DNA of 64,000 nt from an uncultured Bacteroidales bacterium (GTDB taxonomy: Bacteria; Bacteroidota; Bacteroidia; Bacteroidales; DTU049): positions 3,828-67,827 of the forward strand of contig CAZGIW010000007.1 in the NCBI GenBank assembly GCA_964526285.1. Reading direction: 5' to 3'. Positions 35,930 to 44,946 of the stretch are shown piece after piece (position 1 is the first letter of the stretch; each line of letters opens with the position of its first letter). A program made the translations under genes and the position numbers. The notes beneath the pieces were generated by a model, which saw nothing but the letters and a program-made list of their open reading frames with translations, was not told where the DNA came from and made no database searches.

Positions 35930-38179
35930 TCAATTAATTCCGAAATTTTTAAATCGTTCGTTGAGTTTGTTTTCCAGCACGTAAATAATGATATATTGTG
36001 CACTTTCTTCAGTATATCCAGAGTTTTTAATCAAATTCTCAATAATGCGGTTTACTGTTTTTTTCAATTTTGTTTCAAATTTATTGAAGGTTTGAGTATT
36101 GTATGCCTGAACACATCTTTTGAAATGATCATTATTTTCGAAAGGAGCCAACACAGACTCCTTCAGATTATCCTGATATTTTCTCAGCAAAGCCAAAAAC
36201 TGCTCGGTTTGCTCGATTGGAATATCATTCATTCTGATTTCTTTGGTGAGAGTTTGTGTAATATAAGTGAGATGTTCCTGTGTTCGCAGCTTTTCAATTA
36301 CCTCAATATCAGTAGTGTCACCGTAAATAAATGGTTCAATTGAGTTGTAAAATTCATCATTTAGTTCAAATACATCACCCGTGTAATGTGAACGAACATT
36401 TTCTCCTTTTTCAAAATTCAAAGCGTAGAGATAATTTTTCAAATCTCTTTTCATTTTGGTTTCATTGTAAAAATAGACTGCATCCTTTAGTTCGTCAAGT
36501 ATATTGTATTCATAAAGATTAAACAAAGCATCAGAAAACTTTGCAGGGATGGCATTTTTCAGGGAGCTTTCGTTTCTGATAAACTCCATAATTTGCAACA
36601 TGTTGATTTCCTGAGTTTTCAGGTCATATTTGGAGATAAATTTATTAAACAGATTCAGAGATTGTCTTCCAGAAATTCCGGATTTTCCTTCAAATTCAGT
36701 GTCTGAAATGATACGCTTTCGTGTTTCTTTTTTAAAATTGGAAATATCAGCATCATCCAGCCATTTGGGAATTTTTCCAATGTATAGTTCCATTTTGAGC
36801 AACAAAAGATTTTCGTCAATATAGTTTTTATATTTTTCAGGTGTTTTCAGCCAGTTATCAAACACCGTTGTGTTTGTCAACATACGACTGCTGATAATAA
36901 GTTTTGCAAAGTTTGTTAGTGTTCTTGGCATAAAAGCATCAATAACTTTGTTGCCAAATTTATGTTGCCATATACTGACTTCAGTAGTATAGTCAAGTAC
37001 ATAAGGAATTCGAATTGTTACAATTCTGTCTTTAAATGATTGCACATTTTCATAAGTTGAAGTATCCTCGGGATTAATCACTCCCAGAAACAAACTTCTG
37101 ATTCGTTCTTCAATATGATTTACTTTATGAACTCCGTCACTTACAATTCCGTGAAGGTTCATAAGGCGTTCCTTGTTTTTATCTTTAATGTCCATAAGGG
37201 CAAGGATCCCGTTGTTGGTATAGGCCAGATAGGAGTGAAGATAGGATACTTCATCAGTGCTAAACAGTCTGTTGAGGTTTTGCTGCAATTCTCTGTTTTC
37301 AATAGCTCCAACCACAGGAGGATCTCCGGGATTGAAAATACTAACTCCCTTTCCGAAATGCCGGCTGAATTCCATTCTCCTTGCATACACACGTTTCATA
37401 ACCTGAGATGATTCTTTGTAAACAGTCATCAATTGATTGAACATCCCTCTGCAAAAGGCACAGGGTGTTTGCTTAAATACCCATTCAAACTCTTTACTGT
37501 TATTGAGTTTTTGTTTGAATTCTTTATTCTGAATGAGTTCTTCAAGAAAAGATTTTCTCAGGTGAACAGGAATAAGTGTAATTGGATGGTCATTGTTGGG
37601 GCATGAAATTACAAGTTCATTCAAATCAGTTGTTTCGCCTGAAATATTATACCCTGGCAAATCATTCAATTTTAAAACCCAGGCAATTTTAAACATGGCC
37701 CCTTCGGGAGATTGTGTGTAAAGTTCAAATTTTTCCAAAAGATTATTTAAAAAAGTACTCTTTCCGCTTCCCGGAGGTCCTTCAAAAAAATAAATCTGAT
37801 TGTTTTGTACACCCTTTTTAAATGAATTGACAACACTCATAAACCGGTTGGCAAATATTCTGTCTGCATAAAATGGTTCAGTGCATCCATCCACCAAAAG
37901 ATTGTTCATCTGGTAGTTCAGAAAACCTGCTGAATCTTTAGTCACCGGATATTCATCAAACCCTTCAGGGACATCATGATTGACCATATCAAAAAACAGC
38001 TGAAAAATATCTCTGAATGTTTTTTCAGGTTTGTGTGATGCACGAAACAAAAACTGATCAAAAGGCATGAGTGTTTCTATCCTCGTATTATGGATTTGTT
38101 TTCCATAGGTTGCAATGAGGTTTTGCACATCATCAAGCGATTTTTGTCTGTCATTATTTTTTTTCAGAGGATTATTCAT
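35930..38179 (-). CDS. divergent PrkA-like P-loop (AAA-type) protein, second paralog in the operon
   Basis: Walker A FFEGPPGSGKSTF. The downstream segment NGILALMDIKDKNKERL...IVTIRIPYVLDY is collinear with the PrkA/YeaG core (G..EF.E.FK...D R..I..VPY). Length is 749 aa, and it lies 12 nt after the SpoVR-family gene. Confidence 0.55.
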   Translation of the reverse strand: MNNPLKKNNDRQKSLDDVQNLIATYGKQIHNTRIETLMPFDQFLFRASHKPEKTFRDIFQLFFDMVNHDVPEGFDEYPVTKDSAGFLNYQMNNLLVDGCTEPFYADRIFANRFMSVVNSFKKGVQNNQIYFFEGPPGSGKSTFLNNLLEKFELYTQSPEGAMFKIAWVLKLNDLPGYNISGETTDLNELVISCPNNDHPITLIPVHLRKSFLEELIQNKEFKQKLNNSKEFEWVFKQTPCAFCRGMFNQLMTVYKESSQVMKRVYARRMEFSRHFGKGVSIFNPGDPPVVGAIENRELQQNLNRLFSTDEVSYLHSYLAYTNNGILALMDIKDKNKERLMNLHGIVSDGVHKVNHIEERIRSLFLGVINPEDTSTYENVQSFKDRIVTIRIPYVLDYTTEVSIWQHKFGNKVIDAFMPRTLTNFAKLIISSRMLTNTTVFDNWLKTPEKYKNYIDENLLLLKMELYIGKIPKWLDDADISNFKKETRKRIISDTEFEGKSGISGRQSLNLFNKFISKYDLKTQEINMLQIMEFIRNESSLKNAIPAKFSDALFNLYEYNILDELKDAVYFYNETKMKRDLKNYLYALNFEKGENVRSHYTGDVFELNDEFYNSIEPFIYGDTTDIEVIEKLRTQEHLTYITQTLTKEIRMNDIPIEQTEQFLALLRKYQDNLKESVLAPFENNDHFKRCVQAYNTQTFNKFETKLKKTVNRIIENLIKNSGYTEESAQYIIIYVLENKLNERFKNFGIN

Positions 38180-38191
38180 TTTTTGAATTGT

Positions 38192-39799
38192 TTAAATTTC
38201 AATTCGTGAAATCTGTTTGTTTTTGCATGTGTATAGCACGCGTCTTTCATCTAGCTTTACCTTACCTGGATTTGACTCATCCTTCACTCTTATTACATCA
38301 GAAGTTTCCAGTTGAACCTGTGAGCCCCAGAGAAATTCAATACCAATGAGCACGTCAGGAATAAAATCTTTTACCAATTGTTTGCCTTCAAACTGATGCA
38401 CCAGATACAGATTTTTTTCTCCTGTTTTATCAGCATCAACTTTAATTAAAGGAGGATGGTAAAGACTGTCAAGCAACATTTGTTTATAGTCTTCAGCTTT
38501 GCGGCTTTTTATGTAATATTCAATCAGCCCGTTATCTTCATTCATCCTTTTTCCAACAACAAATAAATTGAATTTGTTTATAAAGTTTTGATCTACAAAG
38601 GTGTTGATAAATGTAAAATCAGAAAATTCCTTTCTAATATTAAAAATTGTTTCTTGACCCTTGCCCGTTTTACTGTCAAAAGCTTCTTTTTCAGTAGCAT
38701 TTGTCATTCTTTGAAAGTAGTGTGAAAGTTTTCCTTTTTCAGCCAGTTCTTCAATGTAATAAAACATTCTCAGCCCAATGGCATAGGGGTTTAGTCCAAT
38801 GCGACTGATTGATGTCACTCCGGCATTTACTCTTGCATAATCGGCTTCATGACCTGATATTCTTTTGTCACCAATGAAAAGCTTGTCATGCCAATAGCTT
38901 GCCCAGCCTTCATTCATAATTTTTGTTCTGATTTGAGGAGCAAAATAAAAAGCTGTGTTACGGATGATAGTCATCACTTGCTGCATCCATTTGTTTTCTT
39001 CACGTTTTAGAAATGGACTGTTGTCACGGATATACATGAGAATATCATCAAAAGATGAGGCATCAGGCTGATATTTTGCAAAAAGCGAATCAAATTCAGG
39101 ATATTTGTTTTGAACCTCAGAGAAAAACATTGTTCTGCCCACATCACCATGATTATCAACAAGTTCATTGTAAAGGTCTTTCTGTCTGTTGAGTTCTGTG
39201 ATTGAAACTTTGGCAAAATCCTGAAGGAAAGTATTGAAAAAATACACAACTTTGTTGTCAGGCTCCATGCCTTGAGGGTAGGAGAGACGGCTGAGTAAAT
39301 TGAAATACCCTATGATATTATCAATGCTTCTGGAAAATTCAATAATATAATCAACCCATCTGCCATGCTTGCTTCTCAGTGATTCAATCAGTCTTTTGTC
39401 GGCAAGTGCCACACCCACAAAATCATCATTCCATGTGTGTTCAAAAAGCTGATTGTTTTGAAAAAAATCAATATGACCAATCACATGATAAAAGATCATA
39501 ATGTTTAGCCAGTCTGGATTGTTGTCATTATAAAATGAAATGGCAGGCCTGCTATTGATTACAGTTTCGTATGGATTGGCAGGATAAAGTTTGTATTTTC
39601 CTTCTCCCTGAAGAACTTCAACATCATGCACCCAATAGTCGTATAAAGTAGGAATCATCACCTTTGGAGACAATTTAATCATGTCTTTGTTGGTCACAAT
39701 ATATTCTAAGGTTTCGTCAAAGAATGAAAGTCCTGCCTTTTTTGCCCTGGCCTTACATTCTTCCATAATAATTTTTGTTCTTTGGTCTATGAGATACAT
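38192..39799 (-). CDS. SpoVR/YcgB family protein
   Basis: The family-diagnostic motif NEGWASYWH is present. Size (535 aa) and N-terminal region are typical of SpoVR/YcgB, and it sits between the DUF444 and PrkA-like genes. Confidence 0.8.
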   Translation of the reverse strand: MYLIDQRTKIIMEECKARAKKAGLSFFDETLEYIVTNKDMIKLSPKVMIPTLYDYWVHDVEVLQGEGKYKLYPANPYETVINSRPAISFYNDNNPDWLNIMIFYHVIGHIDFFQNNQLFEHTWNDDFVGVALADKRLIESLRSKHGRWVDYIIEFSRSIDNIIGYFNLLSRLSYPQGMEPDNKVVYFFNTFLQDFAKVSITELNRQKDLYNELVDNHGDVGRTMFFSEVQNKYPEFDSLFAKYQPDASSFDDILMYIRDNSPFLKREENKWMQQVMTIIRNTAFYFAPQIRTKIMNEGWASYWHDKLFIGDKRISGHEADYARVNAGVTSISRIGLNPYAIGLRMFYYIEELAEKGKLSHYFQRMTNATEKEAFDSKTGKGQETIFNIRKEFSDFTFINTFVDQNFINKFNLFVVGKRMNEDNGLIEYYIKSRKAEDYKQMLLDSLYHPPLIKVDADKTGEKNLYLVHQFEGKQLVKDFIPDVLIGIEFLWGSQVQLETSDVIRVKDESNPGKVKLDERRVLYTCKNKQISRIEI

Positions 39800-39801
39800 A
39801 A

Positions 39802-41157
39802 TTAGCTCACAATTTTCTTAATACTTTCAATCAAATCTTTTTCCTGAACAGTGTCTGCCTGAAATGCATCAATTTTAATGTACTCAGGTTTTTTTTGTAG
39901 TAATCCGGTTTTTTCAGTGTTTTTTTCCACATTGGTTTGTCCACCACCCGACCATGAGTTTTTGGCTACAGAAATACCGATACGGTTGGTAATATTACAA
40001 AGTCGTTCCAGTAAATCGCCATATTCTTTACCGTCTTCATCCCAGTCATCTCCATCAGTTCCATAAAATATATAAATATTGTAATCTCTTGTGAGATTTT
40101 CTTCCATTATAATCTTTTCGGTTAGTTGAAATGCAGGAGCTACACGTGTTCCACCGGCCACCTGCAACTGATAATAAGTGTGAAAATCAGGAACTTCTTT
40201 TGCTTCTGTGTCGTGCAGGATAAAACGAGTGATGACATTGTTTTTGTACTGATACATGAGCCAACTGTAGATAAATAAATGCATTGTGGTTACTGCCTCA
40301 GTGGGCTTTCCCTGCATGGAACCTGAATAATCTCTGAGAAAAAATACCACTGCCTGTGTTTCAAAATCCTTTTCCTGTGACATAATGCGATACACCAGAT
40401 CATCCGGACCCATCATCAGGTCTTCTGTGTTAACAGGTTCTCCAGGTTGGATTCGCCCCAGCAAAATGTTGGTTTGAATAATACGTTTCATGGTTGCCTT
40501 TTTCTCAAGCAATTGTCCAAAACGTCGGTTAATATCTGTCAGTTCATAAGTGAATTTTGAAAAAGCACGCTTTTTTCCTTTATCTTTCAAATTGGGAAGC
40601 TGAAATTTTTCTGTAAGAATCTTGCCCAAATCATAAGCGCGTGATGTCATTTCATGATCAGATCCATCACCCTGTCCTGCTCCCTGCCCTTCGCCTTCAC
40701 CTTTTTGAGGCTGAGACTGTTGCTGTCCGATAACTTCACCCTCTTCTCCTTCTCCCGATCCACCGGTTTGCTGCTCATCATCTTCTGTAATACTGTCATC
40801 ATGATAAAACTTTGGTTCTGTGGTTGTTGGAACAATAACAACTTTTGATTTGTTCTTGCCGGTTGGTTTCATCAGTTTTCCAAGCCTGATTCTTCGGGGA
40901 AACCCATCATCTTCACGTTTTTTGTCTCTGTCCAGCAATTCTTCAAGCGTTTGAAGTGAAGTAACAGGAGAAGTAACAGGTGAAAATCCCGGCAGCACAT
41001 CCCAATCTGTCAGTGTATAAATCATGTTTTCATCATTGAGTCTGTGGGAAGGCGTATTGCTTTCAGCATTATTCAATTGATGTGTTTCAATCTCAATAAT
41101 CCTGCGCTGCTCCGGAGACAGATTTTCTGAATGATATGGTTCAGATTGTTTGTTCAT
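39802..41157 (-). CDS. DUF444 (UPF0229, YeaH/YhbH) family protein with vWA-like MIDAS motif
   Basis: An acidic/Gly-rich linker (GGSGEGEEGEV...GEGEGQGAGQGDGSD) is followed by a DxSxS motif in FFLRDYSGSM. Its stop is 2 nt from the SpoVR-family start. Confidence 0.8.
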   Translation of the reverse strand: MNKQSEPYHSENLSPEQRRIIEIETHQLNNAESNTPSHRLNDENMIYTLTDWDVLPGFSPVTSPVTSLQTLEELLDRDKKREDDGFPRRIRLGKLMKPTGKNKSKVVIVPTTTEPKFYHDDSITEDDEQQTGGSGEGEEGEVIGQQQSQPQKGEGEGQGAGQGDGSDHEMTSRAYDLGKILTEKFQLPNLKDKGKKRAFSKFTYELTDINRRFGQLLEKKATMKRIIQTNILLGRIQPGEPVNTEDLMMGPDDLVYRIMSQEKDFETQAVVFFLRDYSGSMQGKPTEAVTTMHLFIYSWLMYQYKNNVITRFILHDTEAKEVPDFHTYYQLQVAGGTRVAPAFQLTEKIIMEENLTRDYNIYIFYGTDGDDWDEDGKEYGDLLERLCNITNRIGISVAKNSWSGGGQTNVEKNTEKTGLLQKKPEYIKIDAFQADTVQEKDLIESIKKIVS

Positions 41158-41190
41158 TGAATACTCTCTTTTATTCTCGTCACTAAAACT

Positions 41191-43284
41191 CTAACTGGCA
41201 TCATCCTGTGTACAGAAATACTCAATTGTTTTCTGAGCACAAGTTTGACAATAACCCAAACGTTCGGTCATTGTAGTAAGCATGCGGTTATATAATCTCT
41301 GATTTTCTTCATTAGAACGGTTGGCAAGGGCGCCCACAAGACTTCCTGCCCCTGCAATATCACTCTTTAGCCTCACATCGGTTACTGCTTTGACAAGGTC
41401 ATTGTTATCCATGAAATTGTAGTTTGAATCAGTAATCATTTTCTGTCCATAGATTTTTGTAATGGTTGTTCTGAAGCTTTGTTTTTGTTCGTTGTTTTTT
41501 AATCCCAACCTTTCTTCAACACTGTTGATAAATGTTTCATCTATTTTTATGGCAACAAGTTTCTTTGTTTGGGGATCCTGATATGTCCACATTTTGTCAG
41601 GTCCGAGATTTTTAGCGTCAATACCAATAACCATGTTCACATAATTCATCACATCTTTATGAATGGCATTGGGCTCATCCATGTATGCATTGAAAATTTC
41701 TGTCATGATATTTTTTCTGTGAATTGTTTTGGCAGTTTTCAGATCTTCAAAATATTTAATCCTGTCGTTGGGGTCATGAACATAATCAAGAATTATTTTT
41801 TCAATTGAAGGGAAAATATCTCCTGCATACATGCATTTTCCTTCCTGAGTTTCTGATTGTTCAAGCAGTATTTGAATTGCTCTACCCAGATTTCTGTGTC
41901 CCAATCCTTTTTGTCCAAATCTTCTTGTAATGTCAGGGTCTGTATTCAGGTCGCTAATCACTTCAGCAAGTGTTCTAATACTCTTTTCACCGGCCACATC
42001 ACCTGCTGCCAGCTGCATCATTTCAACAGGTGTAAGTTTATCATGACGAGGCATACGTGAAAGTACAAAAGAAGTAGAAAGTGCACTGTTCAGATTGGGG
42101 TCAATATGTAGTTTTTCGCCTGTAAATGTCGTTTTGTCAACTCCTCCAAGGGCAAACCCTGTGAGTTCTTTCTGCAGGTGCAGGTTAGTAACATGAGACA
42201 TATAAGTGAGTCTGCATCTGTCAACAATGGGAGCTTGTTCCTTCTCTTCAAGAAAACGTCCAAATTCAGCATTATTACTGGTGGCAACTATCAAAGTATC
42301 AAGTGGCCACTTGAATCCTTCAATTTCAATGGTGCGGTTTTGAATAACTCCAAGATAAACCTGAACAAGGTCACGTTTGTTTTTGAAAATTTCATCGGCA
42401 AAATGAATACCACCACCTGCTACACGTGCAAGGGCACCTCGTCTCAAATCAAAACGATATGGATTGTCTGTGTCTGTGATATGAAGAAGTCTGGAAATTG
42501 ACTCCTCTCCAAGCAAATCAACGGCTGATGAGGTGATTTTATCCTTTGCAGCATATTTGCCTGTGAGTGTTCCTCGTGATTCGCTTACAGGGACTTTAAT
42601 GATGTCAACAAACTCACTCAGTGCTTTGTTGTAATCCCCATTACAGTGTTCCAAAATCTGATGCCAGATATAGTATGAACAAGCTCCAAGAGGACGATAA
42701 CTTTTATAAAATTGTTCAATTTGCTTTGGTTTTGCTCCGCATGATGCTATAAAATCCATTCCTGAGTTTTTGTCTTCGCCCAGATTCATGGCTAGAATCA
42801 TCGGATCTTCGTAGGTTTGTGATTCTATCGTTGTAATTTTACCGTATTTTCCTACTTTGTCAAGATTTTTAAACCTGAAAGTAAATCTATTATTCTCAGG
42901 AAGAAAAGTGAAATTTCGATAGAGTGTTGACAAAAAATCAACAAAATATGTTTTTCCGTTTCCAGGTTCTCCAATGAGTACAAAGGCCATTTCGGAAGAT
43001 GAACCTCCCTCTGCAGCATCTTTTACAAAGGAAACAAAACTGTTGATTTCATCATACATTCCAATAATGTGCTTTTGACCATCTCTGAATACACCAAAAT
43101 CATAAGTGCTGCGACCGTTTACAATTACTTTTCTGATTTTTTCCGAATCTCCAAGTATCATTCTTGATACAGACTGAAATACATTTTCAAAATGAAGTTT
43201 TCCGTCAACAACTTTTTTAACATGCTGCTGAAGAGAATTTTGTGCCAGATTTCTTGTCCCTGTTTTTGTAGCTTTTGCGTTCAT
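41191..43284 (-). CDS. prkA: PrkA family protein (annotated serine protein kinase; AAA+/Lon-like ATPase)
   Basis: Walker A LIGEPGNGKT. The core GGGIHFADEIFKNKRDLVQVYLGVIQNRTIEI...LIVATSNNAEF...IVDRCRL is collinear with YeaG/PrkA. It is the first gene of a prkA-DUF444-spoVR arrangement. Confidence 0.8.
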   Translation of the reverse strand: MNAKATKTGTRNLAQNSLQQHVKKVVDGKLHFENVFQSVSRMILGDSEKIRKVIVNGRSTYDFGVFRDGQKHIIGMYDEINSFVSFVKDAAEGGSSSEMAFVLIGEPGNGKTYFVDFLSTLYRNFTFLPENNRFTFRFKNLDKVGKYGKITTIESQTYEDPMILAMNLGEDKNSGMDFIASCGAKPKQIEQFYKSYRPLGACSYYIWHQILEHCNGDYNKALSEFVDIIKVPVSESRGTLTGKYAAKDKITSSAVDLLGEESISRLLHITDTDNPYRFDLRRGALARVAGGGIHFADEIFKNKRDLVQVYLGVIQNRTIEIEGFKWPLDTLIVATSNNAEFGRFLEEKEQAPIVDRCRLTYMSHVTNLHLQKELTGFALGGVDKTTFTGEKLHIDPNLNSALSTSFVLSRMPRHDKLTPVEMMQLAAGDVAGEKSIRTLAEVISDLNTDPDITRRFGQKGLGHRNLGRAIQILLEQSETQEGKCMYAGDIFPSIEKIILDYVHDPNDRIKYFEDLKTAKTIHRKNIMTEIFNAYMDEPNAIHKDVMNYVNMVIGIDAKNLGPDKMWTYQDPQTKKLVAIKIDETFINSVEERLGLKNNEQKQSFRTTITKIYGQKMITDSNYNFMDNNDLVKAVTDVRLKSDIAGAGSLVGALANRSNEENQRLYNRMLTTMTERLGYCQTCAQKTIEYFCTQDDAS

Positions 43285-43329
43285 AAAACAATGAATTTAA
43301 ATTTTTTCTAAAAGTAGTAATTTTTTTGA

Positions 43330-43720
43330 AACTGATTGGGGTAATATTAAAATCTTTGCAACTGTTGAAACAGAAGCTCCAAAATCCACAAAAATGTTTT
43401 TTGGTGTAATTCTGTGTTTTTTCCGAGCAGTAGGCTTCTCTACGGGAAAGGGATCACGATGTGAAGTGTTTTGGTGGCAGAAAAAATCCGAAAACTTAGC
43501 CACAGTAGTTCGACGGGTGCCACAGTGAGCCCGCCGAACTGCTCACTACAAGCACCACAAAAGCTCTAAAATCCACAGAAAATTCTTTGGTGTAATTCTG
43601 TGTTTTGGTGCTTTGGTGGCAGAAAATGACCGCAATTATAGTCGCTAAGTCACTAATAATCAAGGTTTCACTAAGAATAATAATCGCGCTTGTGTACTGG
43701 TGGCAGAAAAAAAAATGATA
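43330..43720. repeat. intergenic modular repeat family ('...CTCCAAAATCCACAGAA...TTCTGTG...GGTGGCAGAAAA' modules), three to four modules
   Basis: 43371-43505 and 43561-43630 are clearly homologous to modules at 63401-63600. Shared strings are ctccaaaatccaca, ttggtgtaattctgtg, gggatcacgatgtgaagtgttttggtggcagaaaa and agccacag. Each module has CACAGAA/TTCTGTG inverted repeats. Confidence 0.8.
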
Positions 43721-43752
43721 TTACTCTTGTGTTTGAAAAAAAGTCCCTCAAC

Positions 43753-44943
43753 TCAGGTTGCAATTTTCTTCACAGCAATCTGCAAATTACTTTTTTTGGC
43801 ATAACCACGTCTGAATTTCAATGGCTCAGGCTGTTGCTTTTTGTATTCATCAAGCATGTCCTGTTGAAAATATCTTGAAAATATGGGAATGGGACGTTCA
43901 TATTCTCCATAAATATTCACCTGCCATTCATCTTTGTTGAAATATTTATATGGCATTCCTGAGTCATCCTGTAAAATAAAATTTCCTTTATCAAGGATAA
44001 GCTGTTTGATTGTCTCAAAAAACGGATCGTGTAAAAGATAGGATGCAGATTTTATATACACTGCACAGTTTGGGTCAATACCTTCAAGATACGCCACCAC
44101 GTTTTCATTGCGTGAAAGATATCCGTCGCTGATGTCTATTGAAAAATAAACCAGCTTCTGTACTTTTGGATCATTTTCATTACGGAAAAGAATCTCCACG
44201 CCTTTTTGAAATTTCTGATTGGGAGCAAAATTATTAAACAAACTATCATATTCCAGACTACCATTATCTCCAAATTTAAAAGGTTTGATACTGATAATTT
44301 TTTTGCCGGCACGTGCCATAAAAATCAATAATACAGGAGCTGCACCATCCACTTCTCTGCTTGACAAATCCACTTTCATGGAATGTGTTCTGAAAAAGCT
44401 CAGATAAATAATGTGATAAATGCTTTGCTCATACATTTTGAAATAATCATTCAGTTCAGTTTCAGGCACTGAAAGTGGATTGGGAAGAGATCCGGGAGGT
44501 TCAAGTCCAAAAAAGATGTATTCTTCCATATCAGGAAAAAACACATCTGCATTGATGAAATCAGGACCACTGAAAGGATAAAATAATGTGTTATATTGCT
44601 GATTAACAAGTCTCATTTCTTTTTCTATCCATGGTGTGATATTGCTGTCAACATCATTATAAAACATGTCCCATTTTTCATCCATGCGTTGTTTGAATTG
44701 CTGCCACTGAGTGGTTTGGCTCAGTTCAAATAATTCACTTGAAGTGTCAACTTGCAATCCGGCAATAAACATGGCAATGTCAGTGATTTGTTGGTTGTAG
44801 CTAACGTCTTGAATTACAGGGTCTTCTGTTGTTGCTGTGTCGTCTGTATGCTTGGCTTTCTGAGAACAGCGGTTGCACGATGTGCTGATAATCAGCAAAC
44901 TCATAATGCTGATGCCAAATAAAGAAATGATGTTATGCTTCAT
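43753..44943 (-). CDS. hypothetical lipoprotein
   Basis: Signal plus lipobox (LLIISTSC). 396-aa ORF with no recognised domain. Confidence 0.55.
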   Translation of the reverse strand: MKHNIISLFGISIMSLLIISTSCNRCSQKAKHTDDTATTEDPVIQDVSYNQQITDIAMFIAGLQVDTSSELFELSQTTQWQQFKQRMDEKWDMFYNDVDSNITPWIEKEMRLVNQQYNTLFYPFSGPDFINADVFFPDMEEYIFFGLEPPGSLPNPLSVPETELNDYFKMYEQSIYHIIYLSFFRTHSMKVDLSSREVDGAAPVLLIFMARAGKKIISIKPFKFGDNGSLEYDSLFNNFAPNQKFQKGVEILFRNENDPKVQKLVYFSIDISDGYLSRNENVVAYLEGIDPNCAVYIKSASYLLHDPFFETIKQLILDKGNFILQDDSGMPYKYFNKDEWQVNIYGEYERPIPIFSRYFQQDMLDEYKKQQPEPLKFRRGYAKKSNLQIAVKKIAT

Positions 44944-44946
44944 AAT

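Noticed and set aside
43297-43503. 68-aa minus-strand ORF upstream of prkA.
   Set aside because: It lies entirely within the intergenic repeat modules. Homologous sequence at 63.4-64.0 kb is not in a conserved frame, so it reads as a repeat artefact.
43501-43560. Possible tRNA or other small RNA in the locally GC-rich segment (AGTTCGACGGG...CCCGCCGAACT stem).
   Set aside because: Only a single long hairpin is present. There is no cloverleaf, T-loop (GTTCGAATC-like in the right context) or anticodon arm, and the segment is a sub-module of the repeat family (gtagttcg also occurs at 50891).
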